Positions 39,056-51,815 are shown, counted from the first letter of the stretch. The stretch: DNA of 64,000 bases from Cupriavidus sp. (GCA_031180665.1 JAPSLP010000001.1:295259-359258), one strand, 5' to 3'. Notes: generated by a model from the letters alone, not told the origin. A program made the numbers and translations.

Positions 39056-39667
39056 TCAGCCGAGGAGCTTCATGGCCTGCTGAGCCACTGCCTTGAAGCC
39101 AGCCTTGCCATGCACGTCGCTCTTGCCGACCAGGCGCATGCCCTGCATCAGGCATAACAATGAGCGTGCCGTCGCCTGGCGGTCTTCCAGGATGCCGATC
39201 GAGCCGTCCTCTTCTGCCTGGCGCAGCAATTCGCAGAGCAACGTTTCGGTGCTCTGCCAGGACGCGATGACGCGGCGTGCAATATCCCGGTCATGGACCG
39301 ACAATTCGACGGCCGTCGCAACAACCAGGCAGCCGCATTTTCCGTCGCGGCCTCGGGAAAGTTCGGCATACAACTCAAGGATCCGTGCAATACGGTCGCG
39401 GCCGGTTCCCGGCGTGCGTGCCACGGCCTTGAGACGTTCCGCCCCTTCGGCGGCATACAGGTCATAGGCGGCTGCAAACACGGATTTCTTGTCGTGAAAT
39501 GCCTTGTAAAAGCTGCCTCGCGAGAGCTTCATGCCCTCCATCAGCTCGACAATGGAAGTTGCCGTATAGCCGCGTTGACGAAACACCTCGATGGCCAGCC
39601 GCAACGCGTCTTCCAGGTCGAATTCGCGTGGTCGGCCGCGAGATTGAGTGGGTCGTTGGTGGTACAT
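39056..39667 (-). CDS. TetR/AcrR family regulator (ComR/NemR-like)
   Basis: RGRPREFD...GYTATSIVELMEGMKLSRGSFYKAFHDK...GKCGCLVV. Confidence 0.9.
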   Translation of the reverse strand: MYHQRPTQSRGRPREFDLEDALRLAIEVFRQRGYTATSIVELMEGMKLSRGSFYKAFHDKKSVFAAAYDLYAAEGAERLKAVARTPGTGRDRIARILELYAELSRGRDGKCGCLVVATAVELSVHDRDIARRVIASWQSTETLLCELLRQAEEDGSIGILEDRQATARSLLCLMQGMRLVGKSDVHGKAGFKAVAQQAMKLLG

Positions 39668-40066
39668 GAAACCATTTTGGATCAAATTGGTTCCCAATTC
39701 TACATGAGGCGGATGGGAACAGCCAGAGCCGAAGCGCCCGCAATCCACCGGGCCCAAGCGCGCGTGACCGATTCGGTTTGCCTCGTATGTCTCGCGATCC
39801 GAAGCTCCACATCAGTCATCAAGACCACGTGCGCGCACGAGGCGCGGGCGAACTTCCTTGCGCCGCGATCCGGCCGTTCAGCAAGACGAACATCGCGGCG
39901 GAGATGCCGATGAACACACCGCCCGCAAGCGACGGCCACGGCGTAAAGGAATTCCAGTCGATTGTCATGGGGCGACGCCTTGGGAAACAGCGCCGATACT
40001 GGTCGCCAGGGTCTGGGGCGGATCAGCGTCCGTCAGGCTGTAGTCGCGGGCGGTGGTCTCGGGTTG

Positions 40067-40642
40067 CTAGGCTGGCAAGAGACCGGCCTTCCGATAGCTG
40101 TCGATCAGTGAGTCGTAGACCGAGATGTCGGACTGGCTCCTGGCAATGAGCTGGGCGCCGGCGATCGCGGCAAAGATCGCGCGAGCCCGCGCTCTCCCTT
40201 CCTTGCCCGAGACCACACCAGCAGCGGCCAGCACCTTGGTCAGCCAGGCAATATTGACGTCGACAAAAGTTTGGACCTCCTTCCTTACCACCTCGGGCAG
40301 ATCGTCGGTTTCCGCGGCCATGAAGCTGCATAGGCAGATGCGATTGCTGCTCTGGAGCGCCTTGCGGAACATGTCGGGATAACGGTGCAGGCTGTCCAGG
40401 GGGCTCTTCGATTTGGCCAGTGAGGCGTCCAGATGCGCCGCTGCGGTTTCCCAATAGCGCCTGGCTACCGCTGCGCCCAGGTCCGCCTTGCTGTCGAAAT
40501 GGTGGTAGATGCTGGCCGCCCTGATGCCGACCGCCTCGGCCAGATCGCGGTAATTCAGCCCGCCGTAGCCATGGGCCTGCGCAATGGTGGTGGCGGCCGC
40601 CAGGATTTTCTCTCTGGAGTTCTGTCTCACGTCATTGGTCAT
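40067..40642 (-). CDS. TetR/AcrR family regulator
   Basis: SREKILAAA...GLNYRDLAEAVGIRAASIYHHFDSK...ICLCSFMAAE. Confidence 0.9.
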   Translation of the reverse strand: MTNDVRQNSREKILAAATTIAQAHGYGGLNYRDLAEAVGIRAASIYHHFDSKADLGAAVARRYWETAAAHLDASLAKSKSPLDSLHRYPDMFRKALQSSNRICLCSFMAAETDDLPEVVRKEVQTFVDVNIAWLTKVLAAAGVVSGKEGRARARAIFAAIAGAQLIARSQSDISVYDSLIDSYRKAGLLPA

Positions 40643-40689
40643 GACTCCCACCTTCTGAGGCCGGAATGGATGTTGACGCCGCATATTGT

Positions 40690-40721
40690 ACCTTGTAAGG
40701 TTAACCTAACGGACGTTAGGT
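40690..40721. promoter_or_regulatory. Candidate TetR operators between the divergent tetR and GST genes
   Basis: ACCTT-GT-AAGGT at 40690-40701 and ACCTAACG-GA-CGTTAGGT at 40704-40721. Confidence 0.5.
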
Positions 40722-40793
40722 AGTCTCATGGATCGACGTACATCACGACCGACCTGGTTCCGTGCCCCTTCCACCCGCCCAGGAGCTACAGGA

Positions 40794-41486
40794 ATGAACG
40801 CCAATGCGGGCAGTGCTCAAGCAAGCCAGCCCATCACGATGACGATCCATGACTTTCCGACGGGGCCCTATCCGACCCGCGTCCGCATTGCCTTGGCGGA
40901 AAAGAACCTGCAATCGCACGTTCGATTCGTCACGGTCGATCTTTACAAGGGCGAGCACAAGGATCCCGAATTCCTCGCCAACAAGAACTATTCGGGCACG
41001 CTGCCGGTCCTCGAACTCGAGGATGGCACGTGCATCGCGGAATGCACGGCCATTACCGAATATCTCGACGCGCTGGACGGCGCCCCGATCCTCACCGGCC
41101 GCACCGCGCGGGAAAAAGGCGTGATCCATATGATGAGCAAGCGTGCGGAACTGGAGCTGCTCGATCCCATCAGTGTCTACTTCCACCACGGCACGCCGGG
41201 ATTGGGTCCCAAGGTCGAGATTTATCAGAACCCTGAGTGGGGCGCCCGGCAACGCGACAAGGCACTGCGCGGCATGCGGTACTTCGATGCGGTTCTGAAG
41301 CAACAACCGTATGTGGCCGGCAAATCGTTTTCGATGGCAGATATCACAGTCATCGGCGGATTGATCTTTGCGTCGCTGGTGAAGCTCCCGGTTCCCGCGG
41401 AATACGAGGCCCTTGCGGCCTGGTACCGACGAATGCTCGAGCGCGACAGCGTAAGAAGCCAACCGGTGTTTCGGGTCATCACTTAG
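40794..41486 (+). CDS. Glutathione S-transferase family protein
   Basis: GPYPTRVRIALAEK, GTLPVLELEDG, IAECTAITEYLD, FSMADIT. Confidence 0.9.
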   Translation: MNANAGSAQASQPITMTIHDFPTGPYPTRVRIALAEKNLQSHVRFVTVDLYKGEHKDPEFLANKNYSGTLPVLELEDGTCIAECTAITEYLDALDGAPILTGRTAREKGVIHMMSKRAELELLDPISVYFHHGTPGLGPKVEIYQNPEWGARQRDKALRGMRYFDAVLKQQPYVAGKSFSMADITVIGGLIFASLVKLPVPAEYEALAAWYRRMLERDSVRSQPVFRVIT

Positions 41487-43037
41487 CTACGCCAACCGCG
41501 GCGCTCGACGATGCCGCGTCGCCGCCTCGTAATCGCGCGCGATGCCGAGCAGCAGGCGCTCGTCGCCGGGCCGGCCCAGCACGGACAGTCCTGCAGGCAC
41601 GCCGGCCTCGGTCCAGCCCATCGGCACACTGATCTCCGGAAAACCGGCCGCGCTGGCCATGTGCATCGGCGCCAGAGGATTGGCAACCCGGCAGCGGTAG
41701 CTCGGATCGCCCAGATCGAAGCGCGGCGACGCCGGACACGCCAGCGTGGGAAAGACCAGCGCGGCGCAGCGGTTCGACTGCATCAGGCCGGCAAGCGCGG
41801 CGCCGAACGCGCGGGCTGCGGACAGGCCCGGACGGGCGGGCTCGTCGCGCGTTTCCACCGCATGGCGCAGCGCGGCGATCGTCAGCGGATTTGGTGCGCG
41901 CCCTGCTCCATCGCTCGAACCATCACTCGAACCATCGCGCCATCCATCGGCCAATCCATCGGCCAGTTGCGCATCGATGCGCGCCAATAACGCTGCCGAA
42001 TCCCTCGGGCAAGGCGACGGCAACGCGGCCAGATAGCGGTCGAGTTGCACCGCCCATTCGCTGCGCGCGATATCGCCCAGCACCCGCTCGTACAGATGCC
42101 GCGCATCGGCGGGCAATGCGACCGGCACGGTCTGCGCACCGGCGTCGGCCAGGTCCACGCACGCCCGCGAAAACAGCGCGTCGATCTCATCATTGCCACC
42201 GTGGAAGTCCATCACGATGCCAAGACGGCGGCCGGCAAGGCGTTCCTTCGTGCTATCGATGCCCGCCTCCGGAACCAGCGCCGCGAGCACCAGGGCCGCG
42301 TCGTCGACCGTGCGCGCCAGCGGCCCCACCGTATCGAAGGACTGCGCGAGCGGCAGCACGCCGGCCGCATCGAGCAAGCCGTGGGTCGGCCTGATCCCGA
42401 CGAGGGCATGCACACAGGCCGGTCCGCGCACCGAGCCAAACGAATCGGTGCCAAGCCCGAACACCGCAAAACCGGCCGCCACCGCCGCGCCCGTGCCGCT
42501 GCTGGACCCGCTGGCGTTGCGGGAGAGCCGATAAGGATTCAAGGTCAGGCCGCTTGCCGAGCTGTAGCCGAAGCGCCCACTGGACGCGGCGAGCTCCGAC
42601 ATATTGGCCTTGCCCAGCACGATCGCGCCCGCGGCGCGCAACCGCGCCACCACCGGCGCATCGGCGGCGGGCAGCGCGTCGCGCAGCGCGGCGCAACCGG
42701 CCGTGGTCGGCAATCCCACGGTGTCGATATTGTCCTTGACCACCATCGGAATGCCGTGGAGCGGACCCCTGGCCCCACGCAGCCGGCGCTCGCGGTCGAG
42801 CCGCACCGCGTCATGCAGCGCATCGGGATGCAACTGGCTGACCGCGTTGATCGACGGTCCGGAACGGTCGAATGCCTCGATACGCGCAAGATGCCCCGAC
42901 ACGAGCGCTTCGGCCGTCAGCATGCCGGCGTCCATGCGGCGCGCCAATTCGGCGATCGGCAATTCGAACACGTCGCATGCTGGCGCGAGCTCGCCGGGGG
43001 ACGCCGGCGCCGCCGGCGTGGTCGTACGATCGATCAT
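41487..43037 (-). CDS. Amidase signature family protein
   Basis: HGIPMVVKDNIDT, ASGSSSGTGAA, GTDSFGSVRGPA (Ser-cisSer-Lys triad). Confidence 0.9.
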   Translation of the reverse strand: MIDRTTTPAAPASPGELAPACDVFELPIAELARRMDAGMLTAEALVSGHLARIEAFDRSGPSINAVSQLHPDALHDAVRLDRERRLRGARGPLHGIPMVVKDNIDTVGLPTTAGCAALRDALPAADAPVVARLRAAGAIVLGKANMSELAASSGRFGYSSASGLTLNPYRLSRNASGSSSGTGAAVAAGFAVFGLGTDSFGSVRGPACVHALVGIRPTHGLLDAAGVLPLAQSFDTVGPLARTVDDAALVLAALVPEAGIDSTKERLAGRRLGIVMDFHGGNDEIDALFSRACVDLADAGAQTVPVALPADARHLYERVLGDIARSEWAVQLDRYLAALPSPCPRDSAALLARIDAQLADGLADGWRDGSSDGSSDGAGRAPNPLTIAALRHAVETRDEPARPGLSAARAFGAALAGLMQSNRCAALVFPTLACPASPRFDLGDPSYRCRVANPLAPMHMASAAGFPEISVPMGWTEAGVPAGLSVLGRPGDERLLLGIARDYEAATRHRRAPRLA

Positions 43038-43131
43038 CGCGTTGCTTTCCCTCACGGAATACATGAACGACAATGGCGCACGCAGTGCCTGCCTTCCAAC
43101 GATGCCCGACGACCGCCCGAAGGATGCCCCG

Positions 43132-44037
43132 ATGAAAAGCACCACCAGCCGGAACCTGCCCGCCCTTGCCAACCTGGTCGCGCTCGAAGCCACCGTGCGC
43201 AAGGGAAGCGTGACCGAAGCGGCCGAGGAACTGTGCCTGACGCAGAGCGCTGTCAGCAAGCAATTGACGGAACTGGAGACTTTTCTCGGCGTGCGGCTGC
43301 TGGACCGGCGCAAGGGTGGCGTCGTGGCGACGGCGACCGGCGTGGAATACCTCAAGCGCGTCAGGCAGGCGCTGAATCTCCTCGAGGAAGCCACGCTGGA
43401 AGTCCTGACCGGCCGCGGGTCCGGCGGCCGCCTCGATGTGTCGGTGCCGGTCTCGCTGGGCAATATCTGGCTGCTGCCACGCATGCTGCAATTCGCCAAG
43501 CAGCATCCGCAGATCCAACTGAACATCACCACCAAGGTCGGCCCGGTCGACCTGCCCCACAGCGGCCTGGACGCAGCCATCATGTACTGCGGCGGGCCGC
43601 CGCCGGGGCACTTCGGCGTCGAAGTCATGCCGCTCGAGCTGTTCCCCGTATGCGCACCGGACAAGCTGCCCCGCGGCGGTACGCTCGCCCAGGCCCTGCG
43701 CCAAATGCCCCTGCTCCATCAACATACGGCGCTGGACGCGTGGCCGGCCTATCTCGCACAGATCGGTGCCAAGGTGGCCAGGCCAGGCGACGGCCCGCGC
43801 TATGGCCTGCTGACCATGGGCCTGCAGGCCGCCATCAGCGGCATGGGCGTGGCGCTGCTGCCGGAATTCGTGGCCGGCGACGATCTTCGGGCCGGCCGGC
43901 TGATACAGCTGTCGGACACCAGCTATCTGTCGCCGAAGTCGTACTACTTCGTCTGCCTCGACGAGAAGCGCGCCAACCCTACGCTGGTCACCTTCCTGGA
44001 CTGGCTGCTGCAGACAGCCAGAGCCGACGGGAACTGA
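43132..44037 (+). CDS. LysR family regulator (GcvA-like)
   Basis: LEATVRKGSVTEAAEELCLTQSAVSKQLTELE, WLLPRM, QAAISGMGVALLP. Confidence 0.92.
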   Translation: MKSTTSRNLPALANLVALEATVRKGSVTEAAEELCLTQSAVSKQLTELETFLGVRLLDRRKGGVVATATGVEYLKRVRQALNLLEEATLEVLTGRGSGGRLDVSVPVSLGNIWLLPRMLQFAKQHPQIQLNITTKVGPVDLPHSGLDAAIMYCGGPPPGHFGVEVMPLELFPVCAPDKLPRGGTLAQALRQMPLLHQHTALDAWPAYLAQIGAKVARPGDGPRYGLLTMGLQAAISGMGVALLPEFVAGDDLRAGRLIQLSDTSYLSPKSYYFVCLDEKRANPTLVTFLDWLLQTARADGN

Positions 44038-44050
44038 GCCCGGCATCGGC

Positions 44051-45508
44051 TCACGCCGGCACGCCCGACCTGACGAGGGTCGACGTCACGAAGCGTCCGG
44101 GCCGATTGCCGGTCGGCGTGCCGCCGCGCAGCGTGGCCTGCCCGGCCACGAACACGTCGCGCACGCCGACCGACGGTTGTGTGGGCGCGTCGAAGGTAGC
44201 GCAATCGCGGATCGTCGCCGGGTCGAACACCGTGATATCGGCGACCTTGCCCACGGCCAGATGCCCCCTTCTCTCGAGCCCGAAGCGCGCTGCCGGCAGG
44301 CCGGTCATCTTGTGGACGGCGCGCTCGAGGGGAAACAGGCCCAGGTCCCGGGAGTAAAGGCCGAGCACGCGCGGAAAGGTGCCCCACAGTCGGGGATGCG
44401 GCGTTTCGTCGGACGGAATACCGTCCGAGCCGATCATTGTGTCCGGATAGCCGAGGATGTCGCGCACATCGCCCTCGTCCATGATGAAGTACACCGCGCC
44501 GCCCGGCAGCAAGGCCTGCGCCACCTCGCGCCGCGAGCGCTGCCATTCCTGCGCCAGATCCTCCAGATAGCGGCCGGCCGCTTCCGGATGCGGGGCCGAC
44601 CACGTGATCAGGATCCGGTCGCACTGGTCCACCCGTTCCGGACGCAGCATGGTGGACGACGCCGCGTACGGATAGCAGTCCATGCAAAGCGGCATGGTGC
44701 GCGAGAGCTCGCGCACCTGCGCCAGCGTCTCGCGACTGCGGCCGTGATTACGCTTGCCGACCAGCTTGTGGTGCGAAATCACGGTCGGCACGTTGAGCGC
44801 CTTGCCCAGGCGCGCGGTCTCGTCGATGGCCTCGGCGACCTTGTCGCTTTCGTCGCGCATATGCGAAACCAGCACGCCGCCCAGCCGCTGCATCGGCTCG
44901 CACATGCGCAGTATCTCCTGTTCCGGCGCGGCGGCCGACGGCGGATAGAAGGTGCCGGTGGAGACGCCGATGGCGCCCTCCAGCAAGGCTTGCTCGACGT
45001 CGCGCCGCATGCTGTCGATCTCAGCGTCGTTCGCGGCGCGTCCGAGCTGCGCGACGCGGCGCGCGCGCAGCGTCGATTGGCCGACGAGCACCGATACGTT
45101 CACGGTGGCGGGCCTGGCGGCGAATGCCTCGCGGTAAGCCCGCACCGACTCGAACACGAACCCGCCGCGCATGATGTCGAGCGGCGCGGGCGGGATGGAA
45201 TCGGTGAGGAGCGGGAACAGGCTGATGCCACAGTTGCCCGCGATGATGGTGGTGACCCCCTGCGTGACCTTGGGCAGCATCTGCGGGGATTGGAACACCA
45301 TCCAGTCGTCGTGCGTATGGGTGTCGATGAATCCCGGCGCGACGACCATGCCGGTGGCATCGACGACCTCGTCGGCGGTGGCCTCCGGCCCGATGCCGAT
45401 CGCAACGATCACGCCGTCGCGCACTGCCACATCGGCGGCGCGCCGCGGCGCGCCGCTGCCGTCGATCAGGTCGCCATGCCGAATGATCAGGTCGAAATGA
45501 GATGGCAC
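44051..45508 (-). CDS. N-acyl-D-amino-acid deacylase (D-aminoacylase)
   Basis: PGFIDTHTHDD, GVTTIIAGNCG, SHMRDE, SHHK, GSDG...PHPRLWGTFPRVLG. Confidence 0.92.
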   Translation of the reverse strand: MPSHFDLIIRHGDLIDGSGAPRRAADVAVRDGVIVAIGIGPEATADEVVDATGMVVAPGFIDTHTHDDWMVFQSPQMLPKVTQGVTTIIAGNCGISLFPLLTDSIPPAPLDIMRGGFVFESVRAYREAFAARPATVNVSVLVGQSTLRARRVAQLGRAANDAEIDSMRRDVEQALLEGAIGVSTGTFYPPSAAAPEQEILRMCEPMQRLGGVLVSHMRDESDKVAEAIDETARLGKALNVPTVISHHKLVGKRNHGRSRETLAQVRELSRTMPLCMDCYPYAASSTMLRPERVDQCDRILITWSAPHPEAAGRYLEDLAQEWQRSRREVAQALLPGGAVYFIMDEGDVRDILGYPDTMIGSDGIPSDETPHPRLWGTFPRVLGLYSRDLGLFPLERAVHKMTGLPAARFGLERRGHLAVGKVADITVFDPATIRDCATFDAPTQPSVGVRDVFVAGQATLRGGTPTGNRPGRFVTSTLVRSGVPA

Positions 45509-45519
45509 GCGCTTCGCCC

Positions 45520-46485
45520 TCAATCGACCTTGGCGCCGCTCTTGCGCACCAGTTCGCCGAACTTCACGGTCTCGGATGTCACCAGCGCCTGGAAATCGCG
45601 CGGCGATCCACCCAGCGGCTCGAAGGAAAGCCGGTCCAGTTGCGCACGGAAACCGGGGTCGCGGATGACGGCATTGACCTCGCGATTGAGCCGGTCCACC
45701 ACCTCGGCCGGCATGCCCGGCGCGCCGACCAGCCCGGCCCAAGCGGTCAATTCGTAGCCCTTGAGCCCCGCTTCGTCCATGGTCGGGACCTGCGGGAAAT
45801 GCGGCGAGCGCCGGGTCGATGTCACCGCCAGCGCGCGGACCTTGTTGCTGCTGACGTAGGGCCCGATCGACGGCACGTTGTCGAACATCAGGTGCACGTT
45901 GTTGCCGACCAGGTCCTGCAGCGCCGGGGTACTGCCCTTGTATGGCACGTGCTCGATGTTGAGATGGGCCAGCGTCTTGAACAGCTCGCCGCCCAGATGG
46001 CTGGTCGTGCCGTTGCCGGCGGAGCCCATCGACAGCTTGCCGGGATTGGCCTGCGCGTAAGCGATCAGTTCGCGCACCGACTTGACCGGCAGCGCGTTGT
46101 TGACCGCGAGGATATTGAAGGTGGTCACCAGCCCGACAATGGGTACCAGCTTGTCGGGGTCGTACGGCAGCCGGCTATAGAGGAAACGGTTGGTCGCCAG
46201 CGTGGCGTTGTTGCCGTAGGCGATGGTATAGCCATCGGCGGGGGCCTGCAGCAATGCCTGCATGCCGATATTGCCGCCGGCGCCGGGCCGGTTCTCCACC
46301 ACGATGGCCTGGCCCAGCCGCTTGGACAAGGCATCGCCGAACAGGCGTGCCACGATGTCTGGCGCGCCGCCGGCCGCTGTGGGCACGATCAGCTTGATCG
46401 GCTTTTCCGGCCACGCGGCCTGTGCCGACGGCATCGACATGCCGATCGCCCCTGCCACCCACATGCATGCGAATGCAATCCTCAC
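45520..46485 (-). CDS. Bug/TctC substrate-binding protein
   Basis: WPEKPIKLIVP, VENRPGAGGNIG, SAGNGTTSHL, HVPYKG. Confidence 0.92.
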   Translation of the reverse strand: MRIAFACMWVAGAIGMSMPSAQAAWPEKPIKLIVPTAAGGAPDIVARLFGDALSKRLGQAIVVENRPGAGGNIGMQALLQAPADGYTIAYGNNATLATNRFLYSRLPYDPDKLVPIVGLVTTFNILAVNNALPVKSVRELIAYAQANPGKLSMGSAGNGTTSHLGGELFKTLAHLNIEHVPYKGSTPALQDLVGNNVHLMFDNVPSIGPYVSSNKVRALAVTSTRRSPHFPQVPTMDEAGLKGYELTAWAGLVGAPGMPAEVVDRLNREVNAVIRDPGFRAQLDRLSFEPLGGSPRDFQALVTSETVKFGELVRKSGAKVD

Positions 46486-46598
46486 GGTACTCCTCCCTGA
46501 TCGCTGCGGTCCAATGATGAAGCGAGTATGGAGGAGCGCGACGCGCGCGGCGTGAAGTTTTGTCGGCAAAGTATTCCAGGACGGAATGAACCTGGGGA

Positions 46599-47066
46599 TC
46601 AACCTGCCCGCGCCATCTGCGGCGGCCAGTTGTGCGTCTCTCCCTGGCCGTGCTTGCACCATGCATAGAGGGCGTCGTAGACGACCATGCCGTGCTCTAG
46701 CATCTCGTGGTCGTCGGAGAACACCCGCGACAACCCCAGTGAAATGGCATAGAGCCCGCTCGACTGCGGCGTCAGGTCGAGCCGGGATGTATCGGCGCCG
46801 CGCACGATGCGCGCCAATTGCTGCAAGGCGGGATCGCCGCCGAGCCGGTACCTGGACAGGAACGCATCGAAGCTGCACAGCTCGCCCACGTGCGTGAGTT
46901 CCACGCCCGGAATGTCGTACGGAATGGCGCCGGTCTCGCCGGCGATGCGTACGACGTCGCCCGGCGGTACGTACAGGAACTCCGGCATCTCGTCGATGAA
47001 GCGGGCGATCACCCAGGGGCAGGCAATGCGGTCGATCTTCGGGCGTTCACGGGTAATCCACTTCAT
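46599..47066 (-). CDS. chrF: Chromate resistance protein ChrF (ChrB C-terminal-like)
   Basis: MKWITRERPKIDRIACPWVIARFID...THVGELCSFD; directly downstream of chrA. Confidence 0.8.
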   Translation of the reverse strand: MKWITRERPKIDRIACPWVIARFIDEMPEFLYVPPGDVVRIAGETGAIPYDIPGVELTHVGELCSFDAFLSRYRLGGDPALQQLARIVRGADTSRLDLTPQSSGLYAISLGLSRVFSDDHEMLEHGMVVYDALYAWCKHGQGETHNWPPQMARAG

Positions 47067-47124
47067 GGCAGTCTCCACGACGGTTCGCTGACAACGGGAA
47101 CTCGCCACCACCCGTGCGTCAGCA

Positions 47125-48332
47125 TCAGGGATGCAACAGCGGATATGCCACCAGGCCGATCACGGCAGCGCCGGCGACAATCACGGGTTCCGTCAGCCTC
47201 TTGAACTTGAGCAGCAATGCGACGGTCATCAGCGCGACCAGCGCGGTGGGCACATCGACGATCGAGCGCTTGGCCAGCACGATGACCGCGCCGGAAATGG
47301 CGCCGATCGCCGCGGCCGTCACGCCGTCGACGAAGGCCAGGATCGCCGGCAACCTGCCGTATTTCTTGAAGTACGGCGCCGGCAGGATCGTGAACAGGTA
47401 GCACGGGAAGAAGGTGGCAAGCGCGGCCACGCTGGCGCCGGGCAGTCCGGCAATCAGGTATCCGATAAAGCCGACGGTGATGACGACAGGTCCCGGCGTG
47501 ATCATCGCCACGGCCACCGCATCGACGAACTGCCTCTCGTCGAGCCACTGGTGTTCGGTGACCACACCGCCGTAGAGGAACGGCACGATGGCCAGTCCCG
47601 AGCCGAAAATGAAGGCCCCCGCCTTGGCGAAGAACAGCCCGATCTGCGAAAGCAGCGGCCAGTCGATCGTACTCAGGATGCCGCTGCCGACCGGAATCGG
47701 AACCGCAGCCACGGCGTTCAACCCGTTCGATCGGATCCACCGGGGCGGCGCGCGCCAGAACCAGACCAGCACGCCCGCTGCCAGAAACAGCCACGCCATC
47801 TCGGACTCCGTGACGACCGTCACCACCGCCAGCACGAGGTAGATGGCCCACAGCAGCTTGTCCTTGCCGACGCTCCTGGTGGTCAGCTTGTAGGCGCTGA
47901 TGGCGATGATGCCGATCACGGCCGCGCTGACCCCATAAAACACGGACTGCATCCACGTCAGCCCGCCGAAGCGCACGTACGCGTAACCCAGCGCGACCAC
48001 CATCAGGAACGATGGCAGCACGAAGGCGATGCCGATCAGCGTGGCGCCGGCAATGCGGTAATGCACGTAGCCCAGATAGATGGCCAACTGCGCGGCGAGC
48101 GGCCCCGGGGCCAGCTGGGCCAGCGCGAGGCCCTCCTTGTAATCCGCCTCGGTAATCCATTGCCTGGTCTCCACCAGATCGCGGTGCATGTAACCGGCCA
48201 ACGCGACGGGCCCGCCGAAGCCAAGCGTGCCCAGGCGCAGGAAGTAGCGCACCAGTTGCCAGAGGGTGTAGCCGGGCCCGTGCGCGCCGGGCTGCGGTGC
48301 AGGCGTCGTCATCGAGGGATTCTGAAGTGAAG

Positions 48333-48336
<4 letters not shown>
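47125..48336 (-). CDS. chrA: Chromate efflux transporter
   Basis: LGTLGFGGPVAL, QLAPGP, FGSGLAIVP, MITPGP duplicated CHR domains. Confidence 0.95.
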
Positions 48337-50618
<2,282 letters not shown>

Positions 50619-50854
50619 ATTGCAGGGCTCTGCGGCAGGCGCCGATCCGGTCTGCGGACCAAGCTTGCAGACGCGCCGCACCGGGCAGGATCGTCCTGCC
50701 GGCGCGCTGCGGCCACGAGGCGTGCAGAAAGTCACGCGCGCGTCCGGATTCCGACGTACTCTGATCCAAAGCACGGCAGTGCCTGCAACACGTCCGTCGC
50801 CTTGCCGGAGCCTCGCGCAATGGGCGGCCGATCGAAAACGAGACGGAGACAGCG

Positions 50855-51103
50855 ATGACCAGGCAGATCAAGAACAAGGCGGAAATCCGCGCCATGATCC
50901 GGGCCGAGCAGGCCAAATGGCCCGAGTGCAACGAAGCGTGCTTCGGCGATATCTGCGTGCAGGCGCCCGACGCTACAGGTTGTAACTGGGGGCTCTCGAA
51001 GATGGAAGGCAAGCATGCCGAGGCTTGCATGGCAAAAATCCAGCCGTTCATCGAATCGATGAAGGCGCAGTTCAGTGTTCCCGAGGAAGAGAAACGGGGC
51101 TGA
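50855..51103 (+). CDS. Hypothetical small Cys-containing protein
   Basis: GGAG RBS; 82 aa; CNW motif; globular composition. Confidence 0.55.
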   Translation: MTRQIKNKAEIRAMIRAEQAKWPECNEACFGDICVQAPDATGCNWGLSKMEGKHAEACMAKIQPFIESMKAQFSVPEEEKRG

Positions 51104-51109
51104 CCTGGG

Positions 51110-51598
51110 TCACCGCGGCGAATCCTCGGCGGAAAGCAGCCGCACCGCCGTCTCCTGGTCGATGTCGAGCCGATACTTGGTCGCCAGGTAGCGCGCCAGA
51201 TTGGCAATGCGGGACGGCGTCCTTCCCGCCGCCTGCAATTGCGCCCGGTAGGCCTCGACCTCGCAGGCCTGGCGATAGGCCTTCGACAGCAGATATCGCG
51301 GCCCGTGGGTGAACGGCCGGCGCCAGAACTGGCGCACGTGAACCAGTTCGTGCGCGATCAGCCCGGCCGACACGCCGGGGCGAAGCAGCACGATCGGGCC
51401 GAGACTGATGCCGTCGAAATGCCGGGGGACAAGCCAGCGGCTTTCCAGCAGCAGGCACCTGGGATTGCGCAACGCCTTCATCGGGATCGGGAACGTACGG
51501 TAATACGGCAAACCTTCGGGAATGCGGGCCCCGACGCTGACGCGCCATGGGCGCAAAAAACCGCGGCGCGGGCGCCCCGCAATGTCGGAGGTAGACAT
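51110..51598 (-). CDS. Hypothetical HExxH zincin-like protein
   Basis: LIAHELVHVRQF followed by CEVEAY. Confidence 0.65.
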   Translation of the reverse strand: MSTSDIAGRPRRGFLRPWRVSVGARIPEGLPYYRTFPIPMKALRNPRCLLLESRWLVPRHFDGISLGPIVLLRPGVSAGLIAHELVHVRQFWRRPFTHGPRYLLSKAYRQACEVEAYRAQLQAAGRTPSRIANLARYLATKYRLDIDQETAVRLLSAEDSPR

Positions 51599-51644
51599 CG
51601 CGGGTGTCGCCAAAGTTCGAAGCCGGTGCGTGGCGCCGGCTCGA

Positions 51645-51815
51645 TCAGCCTTGCGGACCCGATCCTGAATCGCGGTCCAGCGCGTCGCGGATCAAGGCAC
51701 GCCCCTTCGGCGGCGCGGCCAGGTACGCCAGGTACATCGACGCGGCCAAAGCCAGCCCGGCCACGGCAAAGGCGATAAAAGTCGTGCCGGCGATACCGAG
51801 TTTTCCGTCGGACAT
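51645..51815 (-). CDS. Small single-TM protein
   Basis: MSDGKLGIAGTTFIAFAVAGLALAASMYLAYLAAP; one hydrophobic helix. Confidence 0.4.
   Translation of the reverse strand: MSDGKLGIAGTTFIAFAVAGLALAASMYLAYLAAPPKGRALIRDALDRDSGSGPQG

Noticed and set aside
39778-40066. ORFs between the two TetR genes
   Set aside because: Conflicting short frames with no homology cues.
42045-44357. 770-aa + strand ORF, and the 725-aa extension of the amidase ORF
   Set aside because: Shadow or alternative frames of the amidase and LysR genes. The amidase start was trimmed to 43037 to avoid overlapping the divergent LysR.
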